Assembly (NCBI GenBank): GCA_028534125.1
Contig: CM052816.1
Location: forward strand, 37,388,001-37,452,000
Length of the DNA stretch: 64,000 nucleotides
Reading direction: 5' to 3'
Source of the DNA: Lama glama
Lineage: Eukaryota
Of this stretch, positions 51,330 to 64,000 are shown piece after piece (the first letter of the stretch is position 1; every line of letters begins with the position of its first letter). The notes beneath the pieces are model-generated. The model was given only the letters and a program-made list of their open reading frames with translations, did no database searches and was not told the origin of the DNA. Made by a program: the position numbers and the translations under genes.

Positions 51330-52720
51330 AAATTTTTAGAGTAATAAAAATATGATGCAAGGTTTTTGGGGGGTTTTTTGCCTTTATCCCCACAGGTTCT
51401 ACTCACTTCTTTTGTTACATTCTTGCCATGCATTTTAATTTACATATATTTGAGGCCATATAAAACATTACTATCAATATTTTAAACAGTCAGTATTTAT
51501 TTATCCTTATCCATATATTTAAACCTTACAGTGCTCTTTAGTTCTTTAGGCACTTCCGTATTTTTATCTGGAATCATTTTACCCCTGCTGTAGAATGTGC
51601 TTAAATTTTCTTTCTGCACTGTAAAGATGCCAGTCCACTATTTTCTGGTTTCTTCCATATTATTTTTCCATTAAAGATTTTTTCTGATTGTTTTCAAGAT
51701 TTTCTCTTTGTCTTTGATTCTTGGCAGTTATTCCAAAGTAACCAATGCTTGATGTTACAGATGAATGCATGGATATAAGATCCATTCAAAGTGAAAAGTG
51801 GGTCAATGTATTTGAATGTAACAGAACACAAAAATTTGGTAATATTCTTTCATATTCCTTATTATGACTATCTATAAAACTACTACTCGTCAACTTTTTG
51901 TGTTTACCAAAGAAAAGTATCCCATTTATCTAAAAAGATTATCTTATCCAATTCTCCATTTTCTTACAACATAATTGTTTGAGCCCAGATTTTTTTATGT
52001 ACTTCTATCAAAATAATAGAACAGATTGATTTTGGAAACATATATGATAATCCAGGTATCTTCCAATAAACCAGATATGAAAGGTATTTACAAAAATGTG
52101 AAGCAATTAATTATATTTTGTTTCGGAAAATATAGTTGTGTTTTGTAAATCTATGCCATGTTAATATTAGCATACATTAGGATAACAGATATATGGGTAT
52201 TTTTAAATCAATTTAATGCATACTTTGGACATTTATATCTTAATTTCTAACACATTAAAGAGTGTACTATGTAACTCACAAAGAAAGCACACTTTGGGGT
52301 CTTCAATATTTTTATGAATGTGGAACTTGAAAAATACTCTTTTAGATGTGTCTGCAAGTGGTCTTTGTATTTTTCTTGATTGGGATCCACAGAGCTTCTT
52401 GATATTGTTCATCTGTTTTTGAAACTTTGCAGATATTAAGTATTTTAATGTTTTTCTGCTCAATTCTGTTTCATCTTTCTTCTTTAATTCCAGTTAGATG
52501 TGTTCAACATTTTATTCTGTTCTACATGTCTCCTGTGCTCTTTTCTATATATTCTATTTTGTTCATTTGTCTCTGCTTCAGTTTTTATCTTTTTAATCGA
52601 CTTGTCTTCTATTTAAGTAACCCTATCATTGGCTGTATATTCTATTTTTATACCCATCTATTGAGTTAATAATCTTATGCATTACATTGTTTAATTTTAG
52701 AATTTCCATATGAATCTTTT
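51330..52720 (-). mobile_element. Ancient L1ME/HAL1-type sequence hosting the Charlie1 element
   Basis: ttttcaagattttctctttgtctttg before the transposon continues as gatgtgtctgcaagtggtctttgtatttttcttgattgggatccacagagcttcttga after it. Confidence 0.6.
51740..52339 (+). mobile_element. Charlie1-like hAT transposon 3' part (decayed transposase C-terminus)
   Basis: gatccattcaaagtg...tttgaatgtaacagaacacaaaa...ccaaagaaaagtatcc...ctttggggtcttcaata follows the Charlie1 consensus as recalled. Confidence 0.75.
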
Positions 52721-53059
52721 TTTTATGTGCAGACATTCCTTATTTTAGACAGTATTGTTAACTGAAATTCTTGCATATTGGAACTGTGTCTTTGCACAAC
52801 TCTCTAAGCACTGGGACTATGCAAAGCAAGGTCACAGTTTTTCAAGTACACATGTTTCGGTTAGTAGAGTAAGCAAATTGAGGACTCCTGGTATTCCGAT
52901 TGTCTCTGATACTTTACACCGTTTTCTTTATTTTCTTAAACATATTAATTATATTTATTTAAACTATTTCTATCTTAACTCTATTAATTACAGGTAATAC
53001 TCAGAATGCTAGTATGAGATGAGATAAGGAGTTGCTCCGTATTACAAATTTACTACCTC

Positions 53060-55079
53060 ATTGCTTAATTCAGTCGATTTTTTAAAATACCAAGTATTTC
53101 AGTGACTGCAGCAGTGTATTAATTTACACTTTGGCAGAAGCTCTTTATCTTTTTGGCCTTACCAATTGTAGTGGCAAGTCATATTTTACCATTTCATGCA
53201 TGGTATAAGAACATTACAAGGTTCTGCCATCTTGACCTTTGAGCTGTAAGTTATCATTCGTTTTACTTCTATGTATTTTATATACCTCATAATGCATAGT
53301 TATTATTTTTGCTTTTGACAGTAAATTAGCTATAAACTGATGTAAATAATAATAATGAACATATTTTGTTTTGCCAGATAGTTACCAATTCAAGTATCAT
53401 TTCTTTTGCCTGAAGAACTTCATTAAACATTCCTTATAATGCAGGTCTTCTGGTATTAACTATTCAGGTTTTTGTGTCTTGAACGCTTTTAGTTTACTTT
53501 CAGTTTGAAAGAAATTTTCACTCTTTCTGGAATTTTAGGTTGGTAATTTTAGCTCTATTTTTTTTCAGAATGTTTAAAGATATTTGTCTACTGTATTTTG
53601 TTTTTTCTTTTTTTCCAACAAGAACTCTGCTCTCGTGCTTTCTTTAGTTTCTCTGTAAATATGCATCATTTTCTGTGAATGCTTTTAAGTTTTACTCTTT
53701 ATCATTTGTTTTAAATAATTTGATTATTATGTGCCTTGTCTAATTCTTTTCATATTTAATATGCTGTGTTTCACTGAGTTTTTGGTTCTATAGACATAAT
53801 TTGTATCAAATTTGTTTTTTTCAAGAACAAATTTTTAAGAAATAAAACAACTTTTATATTTCAAAATTATTTTTTCAAAGTTTTTATAATCTTTCTTTCC
53901 TCAGGAACTCCAATTATATGCACATATTATGCCACTAAAAATAAGTCAATTGGTGATCTCTTTTTTTTTTTCCTTTCTATGCCAAGTTTCATTGGGATAG
54001 TTTTTATTCCTGTGTTTTCAGTCTCATTAATTTTGTCTAACTTGCTCTTAATCCTCTTTTAAAAAGTCTTAGATATTGTAATTTTCACCTCTAAAGTGTG
54101 ATTTAGATCTTTTTAAAAATATCTTCTATGTATTTAATATATTCAACCTTTCTTTTAGCTTCCTGAAATTGTAGAATGAGGTTATAACTGTTTGAATATC
54201 CTTATCTACTAATTCTATCCTCTGTGTAATTTCTGGGCTGGTTTCACCTGATTTATTTTTCTCATTATGAGTCAGCTTTTGCTATTGCTTTACAAGCCTG
54301 ACAGTTTTTGATTGAATATCGTATTTTTAGTTTACATTCTTAGGGGCTGAATGTTTGTGTATTCTTATAAATATTCTTGTACTTTGTTCTGGGAAACTGG
54401 ATATTTTTGTAATCCTATGATTCTTGAAATTTGTTTTTATGTGTGTGTCTGGCTTTCAGTCTTATTAGGTAGAACTGAAGCAACATTTCTTCTACGAATA
54501 TTTTCTCCCACTGTTGAGGCACAATCTTCTGAGTACACTACACAGTTCCCTGTGAATTATGAGGTTTTCCGCTAGGGCCATTGGGAACAGGAACTATGCC
54601 TGATTCTGTATGAGATCTGTAATTATTCCCTCTAATAATACACATGGTTCTTTACTCGGTGATGTGTAGTTTCCTCTACATATGCACCAGTATTATATTG
54701 CTGGTGCCTTGAGGGAGACTCTCATGAGATGCTGGGATTCTCTTTCTGTGCAGCTCTCTTTTCTTTGATACATTGTCCTGTGATCTTGTACCACTGTGGC
54801 ATCCTGGACTCATTGCTACATCTTCTTAACTCTTGAGATCATGGAGCTTCACTTGGAGGTCCCTCACACTACACTGGGGACTGGAAGCTGTCTTCAAATA
54901 AGAAGTTGAGAGTTTTAGGACTCTCCTTTTTAGTTTTTTGTCTCCCTGAGGTCACTTTTTTAATGTCCAAAGTGTTGAAAATCATTGTTTCATACATGTA
55001 TGGTCTCATTTTCACTTTTTTTTCAGGCAGAAGGGTAAATCTGGTTCTGTTACTTTATCTTTACCAAAAACAGAAGTTC
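53060..55079 (-). mobile_element. Ancient L1 5' region (5'UTR and decayed ORF1)
   Basis: Ends in aggcagaagggtaaatctggttctgttactttatctttaccaaaaacagaagt, typical of old L1M 5' ends on the minus strand; T-rich ORF1-like body. Confidence 0.7.
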
Positions 55080-58000
55080 AAAAAGAAGTTATATCTACAC
55101 ATTTAATATGAACAAAACTGTAATTTAAAATAAAAAATAAAAGTACAGAATATTTCTTCAGTATATCCATATTTCATTTGATTATGAATTATTGTAATTT
55201 CTTAAATTGTATCTCTATTTGTGAAACTTGAGAATAGAATAAACTATCTTCATTTAAGTAAAACTTCATTGAAGATGCATTTACTATTTTATTAGAATTC
55301 TTATGATAATTTCATATGCTTTATATATTTACTGTATATATTGCTTTTCATGAGGCATTTTTAAAATCCTTGTCTTGCTTTACATATAAGAAATGTGTAA
55401 TCATTATGATTATCAATTAAAAACACATTCAACAGTAACAACTAGCAATTTGTTCACTGATTAGTAGCAGCTATTAAATTAACAGTGAAACAACAGTAAC
55501 AAAAAGGGTAAGGTTTTTAAAAAGACTCTGGATGTGTAATGATGTTTTTATTCATTAGAAATTAAAATGTGAAAATAACAACTTGAGAGGAAGATTTGGA
55601 TAATATCCTTAAGGTTGAACATAGTCTTCATTTATTCTTCATGCAGCTATGAGTAAAAAAAAAAAAATAGAAATAAAGATGAAAAAACCCAAAACATTAT
55701 GTATCTACTCTCAGACTATTAGTCCTTATTAATTAATCTATTGAAATATGAAAAAGATAGGTTTCTGGAAGTCAAAATGTACTTTCAGTATTTTGAGCTA
55801 ATAAATCTGAAAATCAAGTCATTTTCATCATCTACAAGAAATACAGTAAGTGATATATTCCTTGTGTATCAATTACAGTGTATTTACATTTTAATATTGT
55901 AAAAAAGATAAATGAACCTAAGGTCATTAAGAAGTAGGTTATGTATACATAACAGTTTTTTAAACTTGTTTCTGATCACTATGCTAGTTTTATACATTTA
56001 AAGGACCTCCATTAGCAAGATAATGGCTTATTAAACACATGGGCCTTGAATATAAACAGTAGTTTTGACCAGTTTTATAGAAAAACCTACATTTAATAAC
56101 AGGAAAAAAAAATAATCCTTTTAGAGCATTCCTTGAAGCAATTAGTTTTATCATTGTTTAAAACAATCCCTAGTGTTTGCAAATTTATACAAAATATATT
56201 CTGTGTACATCTGACTTAAAAGAACAACCATTTTAAGAAGAATGTCGGAAGGATATTAAAGACTACTGTGGTTGTTAGCTTAAGAAAGGCACTCTGCCCT
56301 CTCCTTATCTTAGTTTGCTGTTTCCATAGTCTGTTGGGAATTAGAGCTTAAACTAGTTGAATAAGCTAAAATAAATAGCAATAAATCAAACACAGTATCA
56401 ACCCTCAGATAGACAGGAGGGCACACCAAGTGACAACACAGGACATCATCAGTTCACTTTCCTTAGTAAAACTCTTCTGAAAGAACAGAGTCCATTTGAT
56501 GTAAATGGACGACAATTATGTCACCCTTGCAGTTGTTCCCTCGTTCCCTAACCATTGCCACTTACCTTCTCTGGCACAGTGTGTTACTGTTGTTGTATTG
56601 TTTGAAGTGCATCTTAAACTTCTCACTTCTCTTCTTCTGTAAATCACAGTAGCATGTCATCTCTGTATTACTTTAGTTGATCTATTGTATCAATGACTCT
56701 GGTCCGTATCAGTCAATCTATGTAATGATACTTGATTACTGTAAGTAAAATCATATCTCCATGATATTCTCTTTAAAACACTTACAGTGGTCATTTTCTA
56801 GCATAGTGAATCTTGTTTTCTGTAGAGGAACCTCAAATTTTAAAAAATTATTATTAATTTTTTAAATCATCTGAGTTCACTCTCATGACCAGTCACACCT
56901 TAATCTTCCTGAGTTGCTAAAACACTCCTGCTCACGTGAGAAAATGAGCACATACTTTTATACATTCTCACTTCTGCAGTGTAGCTTTAATGCTTCTATT
57001 TGGAATATTCCCTTTCAAACAGAAGAAGTCTTGTGTATTTGTTAAACCTCAAGAATTTAACAAACGAGGCCGTCGAAGAAGAGAAATGTGAACTATATTA
57101 TGAGTGTAATATACAGAGGAAATACATAGGATGCATGTATAGGCCAAAAGAAGATTTTAAGAAGAATGTAATCTCTAATTTAAGACTTGATACCTGAGTA
57201 GAATAAAAAAAGGTCTACACCCCAGCGGTACAAGCATCCTGATGTGTATATTCAGGCATCTACTGGTAGTTCTTTATGGCTGAAACACAAAGCAAAGGCA
57301 AGAATAGTGAGAGATGATAGTGGACAGGGAAGAGGAGTCAGAGGAATAAGGACTTTAGTGACACACTGGAAAATTCCCTTTATAGGCACGATACACCACC
57401 GAACCCTTTTAATGTGGGTCAACCAAATAACTAAAGGAGGAATTATATTTTCCTTTGGCCAAAGAAATGTTTTATTTCTTTTGACTCATTTGGACCCTTT
57501 TTCCTATGATTGTATTTTGATTCACAGCAAAAAGCAAATTAATTTTTAGGAGTTTTTTTAACTGAAATTATTTTAGCTTTTTATTTCTTATTGGAACATT
57601 AAACTGCAAGCTTTATTGCTGCACTGCGTTATATGCAGACATGAGATATTTAAAGATGATGGTTTAGATCTTCTTGCAACTACTATGAAAACCGATATGA
57701 ACTACATATAGACGGTTAAGATAACAGTGAATAAAATCAAAATTTGTCATAAGTATTGGTTATGAATTACAATTTGAAAAATCTTTCTCCTATGGGTCAC
57801 TTTATCCCAACACTGTATATGTGTGATTTCTTCCTCACTAGCATTTTTAAGAATGGATCCTCTGGATTAACTGTGATAGATTTTCATCCTGAAGGCTATG
57901 GCAAAGGATAATGAAGTATGGAAGTATGGAAAGTAATACTTAAAACTAGTAATATTGGTTAGAATTTTGTTATAGTTGATGATGATGGCCTGTCAGTGGG

Positions 58001-59382
58001 AAAAGATCACTAAATTGATATGAGAGTTATGAAATGTTAGAATCTTATGGATAATATAATCATTAATAGAATGTGATGTATTGAATATTGCATGATGGTA
58101 CCAGAGAAAAATATTGATAGGTATGTCAGGGGAGACATCGAGCTTTTAGTCCTGAGCAATTGAGTAGGGCCTTGCCAATTACTAGGTAATGCAGAAGGAA
58201 CATATTGGCTAGTGAAGGGTTGAGTAACATCTTGAGGTTGAAATTGAGTAAGCCATAGGCTATCCAAGGGCAGAAGGTCAACTGCAAGGAGATAAATAAG
58301 TTTGCCAGATATTACTAACTTGAGATATAAATTTGAAAAAAAAATCATTTGTAGTTAAGTCACAAGTTACAAAGAAGGATGCAATTCATAGTTACATGCA
58401 CGGGAAAATTTCTAGGATTTTGTATTATGTGATTAAAGGAAGTTGAAGAACAATTCAATATGGTTCTGTTGACTTAAAGCCAAGGTCCAAACCTAAATTA
58501 CCTGTAATTATATTATGCTAGATGATTAAAGAAGAAAAAATATGGAATTGTTAGCTATCATTTACTCTGGGGGGATAATTTTTTTTTACGTGGAATAACT
58601 TTTTAAGTTTAAAGTATGGAAGGAGTAAAGAGATCCTTTCTTCTTCTTCTTCTTTTTTTTTTTTTTTGCATTGTAAGAAATTCAAACTTTTATTGTATAG
58701 TCTTGGAAAGTACCACAGGAGATCATTCATTTCATACAACCATTTTTCTTAAAATCACCTTTGCCACTTTCTTTTCCTCTGTTTCTTATGTGGCTCAACA
58801 GATGCCCCTGACCCCATTCCCTCAGCCAGCTTAACAAGTCCCAAACCATCCCTTCTCTTCCTGTCCTCTTGTCAGTTTATATCTCTGTGTCTGGAGGCAC
58901 TCTTGGCCTCTTTGGAAATGGATCAAGGTGCTGCTCTGGGTATCTGCTTTCTCCTCCCTGTCCATTACCCATTCAGCACGGTGGACATCAGGCTGGGCAG
59001 CTGTCACACAGCAAAGCCACCTTCCTTAGCTTTAAGGTCAGGGGATGAATGGAAGGTTTGGGACTCACACACGTGTCTAAAAGATCTGGAAATCAGCTTA
59101 ACTAAAATTTAAACTGGAAATGTCAACAGGTCATTTTGAGGAAGAATATGTAAAAGTAATCAAGATCTCTCTGCTGACCAAAATTAAAATTCATACTTAC
59201 TTGTATTCCTGAATAATTGTCTTGGAAATCAAGGAACAGTTTTCTGGGATAAGCTACACTATTTATTATTTAGATATGAGAGAATGTTGTAAATTTTCAA
59301 CTGATTTAAGAATGATTATTTTGAAAATTCTTATTCTGGGGGACTTGATTCATCTTTATCTTTTTTCCCCTTACTTTTGTTC

Positions 59383-59476
59383 TTTTTTAACTTTTTTTGT
59401 TGAAATGTAATTAATTTAACAATGGTAGTTTTAGATGTGCAGCAAAGTGATTCAGTCATACATATACACATGTATA
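59383..59476 (-). mobile_element. Very short LINE-1 3' end
   Basis: T-rich tail followed by ttgaaatgtaattaatttaacaat...agcaaagtgattcagtcatacatatacac, similar to about 43085-43145. Confidence 0.7.
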
Positions 59477-62400
59477 AGATCCTTCACTTTTAATTCAATA
59501 TGCTTCTTTTTTTCTTTAAAAATAATAGGCTATAATTTACTTCAGCAAAAATTATTTATTTAAAAGTGGAAGAGAGAAAAAATTTAAATTAAATATAACA
59601 CAAAGTTTGGCAAATAAGTAAATATATTATGAAGGTAAAGGTGAAAAATGTGTATTCCACTGTTGTATTTCAAAGATCTTTTGCAGCACTCACAAAAGTG
59701 GGCCTTAAAGACAGTACTTTTGGATTCTGTATCACTCACTTCTCCTTCACTTTCAATCTCTTACATCTTTCACCACTTCACAAGATCTCTAAAGCCTTGC
59801 TCTGAGTGAAGATGCAAAACAAAGAGGAACACTCAGACCACACATTGTTAGAATGACTTATCATTTCTGAATAAGCCACTGTTACTTCTTCCAGTGATCT
59901 AATTCTTTCTGTCTTTTATACAATATAGAATTCAGTTGCAAATCACACCTATTTTTTCCTGAAAAAAACCCCAATGTTTTTAATGCTATCTTTTCTGAAC
60001 ATGGGCCTTCGTTGGCATCATCATCTTAGCAAATTCGTTGCCTAAGTTTAGTTTGTCAATCTGACTGTTTTAGAAGCAACAAGCTAAAAGTGTGTAAACA
60101 TAAACTGATGTTCAGCTACTTAAATCTCAAACTATTATCTTTATCATAGGAGCAAAATAGAGTTAACAAATAGAAAGAGTAATAATGAATAATGAACACA
60201 AGGTGAGCAAATTTGGTATTCCTGTATTCTGTTTTCTGACATTTTTAATTTGAGTCAGTTATAACTTCATAAGCAGTTTCCAGGAATTGTATTCCCTGCT
60301 TTAAGATCAGTACTCCAAAGAAATTCTTTTTTGAAAAAAAAAAAAGTCCTACTATTAAATGAGCAATTTTGTATGATTGGTATCACTTGGTTTTTTCCAC
60401 ATCTACAAATCAACTACTGTCAACCTTTCAACGTTTACTGAAAATAACCCTTCATCAGACCACCCGGATTCATACACAATACTCTTTCACCATTAAGTTT
60501 GAAGACTTGATTTATGTGCCTGTGCAACTCTGAAATTTCCTACTATTTTCCAGCCTTTTAGTGATTTAGAAGAAAGTGATTTAGAAAGAATGTAGAGAAA
60601 CAACTAAAGAGTCACACTCAGAATAAACACTTTTCTTTCTTTTTCTTTCGAGAGTTGATAAGAATTCTACCACGTTAAAAAAAAAAATGAAAAGATGAGA
60701 AGCCTTTCTCCTTAGCTTAATGAAGATTGCAGAGAATCTGTAGAATCTCCAATAAAAGCATTTTACAGGATTGCCAGGAAATACAAAATTGCTAGGATGA
60801 TTTTTAAAAAGATCTCAAGAAAATGGAACTGTAGAAGAATATAGATTTGCCTTTCCATAGCTATGTCTAGAGTATTACTCTTTGGGAAATAAACAAATGT
60901 CCTTGAAGGTGGGTTCATCTTTACAATTAATATTTGGCAATTTCCTGACAAAGCTTGAAATCAGAGTTGGTACAACCTATTATTAAAATATGACAGTAGG
61001 TTAACAAACATGTTAAGTTGTGTAGCAAATAATTGAAAAATCACATTTAAAAATAATATTTGAAATAAGGGAGAAAAAATACCTATAGTAAAGAAGTCTT
61101 AAAATATGTTTAAAATTAAAGGATATTTAAATATAAAACATCTACGCAAGAAAAAAAGATCTTGATCCAAGTCTTTTATGCACTAGACTCTCTTGATAAG
61201 GAAATCAAATATACTCAAATTTATTTTCTAAAATTGGGAATTCATACAATATATTTATTTTAGGGATTTTTAATTAAAAGATCTGCTTAATAATAAAAGA
61301 ATATGAAAAACTACTGATTTTAAATTCAATCTATTTGAATTTGGCAAATTAAAAAGTTTTCTTAAAACTTAATTTTTTAGATTGAAAAGATAAGAGTGTA
61401 GAATCAAGCAATAACAGTTATATTCTATACTTTGTGGAGTAAAATATCCATGACAGCTTCAGAGGAGGCCCGAGTTTTGTCTCTGATCCCTCTACTATCT
61501 CTATTCTAAGTTTAAAGAGAGTAGTTTCCTCTTTGTCATCTCTTTGCTTCTTCATTTCATTCTCTTTCTACTGCTTTGACGTAGTCTACTGGCATTATAG
61601 TATTTAAATTAAAGAGTTGTACAGATTTTAAAAATACTTTTTTATATATTAAACAGGGAACATACATAAACATTAGTAAATTAAATGCAAATTATGTTGT
61701 TAGAACCTAAAATCCTTCCTTAAGTCAGCCGACCTCCTTCATGAGAAGTGAGATTTCTTTACCAAGTTCTGTCTTTTAATCACCTCTCTTGTTCTTGATG
61801 ATGTTAAGCATTTATTTGATTCCCTTGTAAGAATCAATTATGTTCGTTGTTAAGTGCAACCTCAAGCAAACATTTACCACCCTAGGTAGCCAGCTCTTTC
61901 TACATCTTATTTGTTTTTCTCATATAAATATTTAAATCTCCTCAGGATTCCCCAGACACTTTCTCCTGTCCTTACTCAACTAAATTGCTAGGGTAAAATT
62001 TGCTTAACTGTCTTCTTTATTCCTGAAGTGTCTGAGACAGAACTGTCACCTCTTCAGAGTGATCACTCATCATGACCTTAGACTCCCGAGCCTGCCTACA
62101 CATCAGAGCAGGAAGGTGTGGGTGTGTACACAGACGGGGCATATTTTCTACAATGGAGCTTCAGAGTTTATCTGATACCCTGGAGGATGAGGGGCATAGG
62201 ATTCTCTACAAATACTGTTCTCACCAGTGCCTGCTTTTCAAAGTTCAGGCATATAGACGGGATAGAAATTGGGCAGATAACTGATTCAAATTGAACTTTG
62301 GCCAGTTTCTCAATGAAGAACCCAAAGCACCTTCAGCAGGCATGTCTCTTGGAGGGTCTGTGGATTCAAGGTGATCACTGAATTCTGAGGCCATGGTGGT

Positions 62401-64000
62401 GGTTTATCAGGCATCTTCTAGTGGTGGCAGAAAAATACTTTCAGTGGTAACCTCCAGGGTAATGGTCTGTATCAATGGAATTCGGATCTTCTGAGTACAG
62501 GGGTGTCTGCTCATAAAAAGTAAAAAAGGGTCTGAGACAAAGGTTTCCATTTGTTTAATAGTTGTCTCACAATGTAACAGGTTCATCACACATGAATATG
62601 TATAAGATCACTGGATGTGTAAAGGATAATTATTTGGCAAGACAGAGTGTGAAAAATGTAATTTCTATTTTGTTTCAAGATGTTATAACATCACATGTAA
62701 TCACATGCAGAAAATACAAAAATTAAATTTTTGAAATTCGTAATCTGCATATATTTCAGATGGGTAAACTGATTCAGACCCTTTTTCATATTCAAAAAAT
62801 GGTTTACAGAAAAGACATTTATTTTGTTAATGCTGTATATTTTATCAAAATTTTATCACATAAGACACACAGCCAGAGCTTTATTCTCCAACATTTGCAC
62901 AGGAAAATGGAAATACTTGAAGCTCATTAACTATGTAAAGAGGATTAAACAGTGCTAAGTAATAACCTTTGGCTTAATCAGTAGTAAATTCACTGTAAAT
63001 TTTAAGAAAATGGAAGAAAAATTATAAAATCATTTTTGCTGAAAGGGGTATTAAGAAAAATGTTTTGATTCTTTACATTCTGTGGGCAATACGCTCACTG
63101 GTGGTCATTTAATTATGGGCGAGGAGGCTGTGAAAATGGCCCCCAGCAGGAGTGTGGATTTTTCATTAAGCATATAGAATAGAAAACTGAGCTGAGGCTT
63201 TTAAGATATATTCCTGCATGAAAAGAAAAGACCTGGCAAGCTGTGCAAGTGTGACTTAGATTGCTCTGGTACATAGTCAAATGCTAAGCAGGAACATTGT
63301 CTGTTGCATATACAGGGCAAGTGTGTTGTCCAGGGGAGAAGGCAAGCAGTTGGAGATCCTGCCACGGGAAAGGAAATTTCTTTAGTGTTTTATGAGAGAA
63401 AAATCACGTTGGATAATTATCCAGATTGATTTTTGAGGAGGCCATAAGATTCATTGGTAAACACTCTTAATTTCTACAGAAACTTAACATTGCCTGCCGC
63501 AAGACATGCCACACTGGCGCAGTGTTTGTGCAGAAGCATAGGCAGAGGTAACTAGAGAAGCAGCAAGCATTATAATCTAACTTTAGTCCATCTGGACTTC
63601 TGAGATAGTTTTACATTTTATTAAGCTTTTATTAGAATTATGACATCTGTCCCACTCTATTTTCAGAAGCTTGTGTGTCCAATTGCTTGTGAATTTTATC
63701 AGGGCAAAATGATGATAGTGGTCAAATTGACCAAAGGCTATTATTTTGTAAGATTGTGAATACCAAAAGCAACAACTTTCTACTGTGCCTATTGATTCTA
63801 AATTACCTTCTTGCAGTTGAATTCAACGTGTTCTGCAATGCACTGTACCTCATTTATGAATACTTATGTATTTTTCAAATAATTCTAATTGTCCTTAGGG
63901 TATCTCTCCCCCACAGAAAAAAAAAAGCCACAATTGTTTAGTTTCTCGTACTCACCCCCACCATCTATAACATTGATTTTGATCATGAATTTGACCAATA

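Noticed and set aside
1..64000. CRISPR arrays, operons, rRNA genes or prokaryotic defence systems
   Set aside because: Sequence is mammalian, with no repeat-spacer array, gene-dense region or rRNA-like segment.

Overview
AT-rich, CpG-depleted mammalian genomic DNA, intronic or intergenic. The tRNA-Ala-derived vic-1-type SINEs suggest a camelid (inference). No host protein-coding gene could be identified. The only recognisable coding sequence is disrupted LINE-1 ORF2, chiefly a relatively young, 5'-truncated 3.5 kb L1 at 45353-48860 (-) with a perfect 16-bp target-site duplication. The rest is layered transposon debris (older L1s, L2, L3/CR1, MIR, MaLR/ERVL/ERV1 LTRs, hAT-Charlie elements), microsatellites and some unique stretches that may be regulatory. 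Most ORFs in the supplied track look spurious. I found no convincing novel biological system. The best leads are small: a duplicated and partly inverted segment fused to an L1 scrap, a candidate L1 3' transduction, tail-less L1 insertions, a CpG micro-island with a palindromic double-HRE-like core, and a few orphan exon-like segments. Family names come from recalled consensus sequences, not a database search, and boundaries of old elements are approximate.
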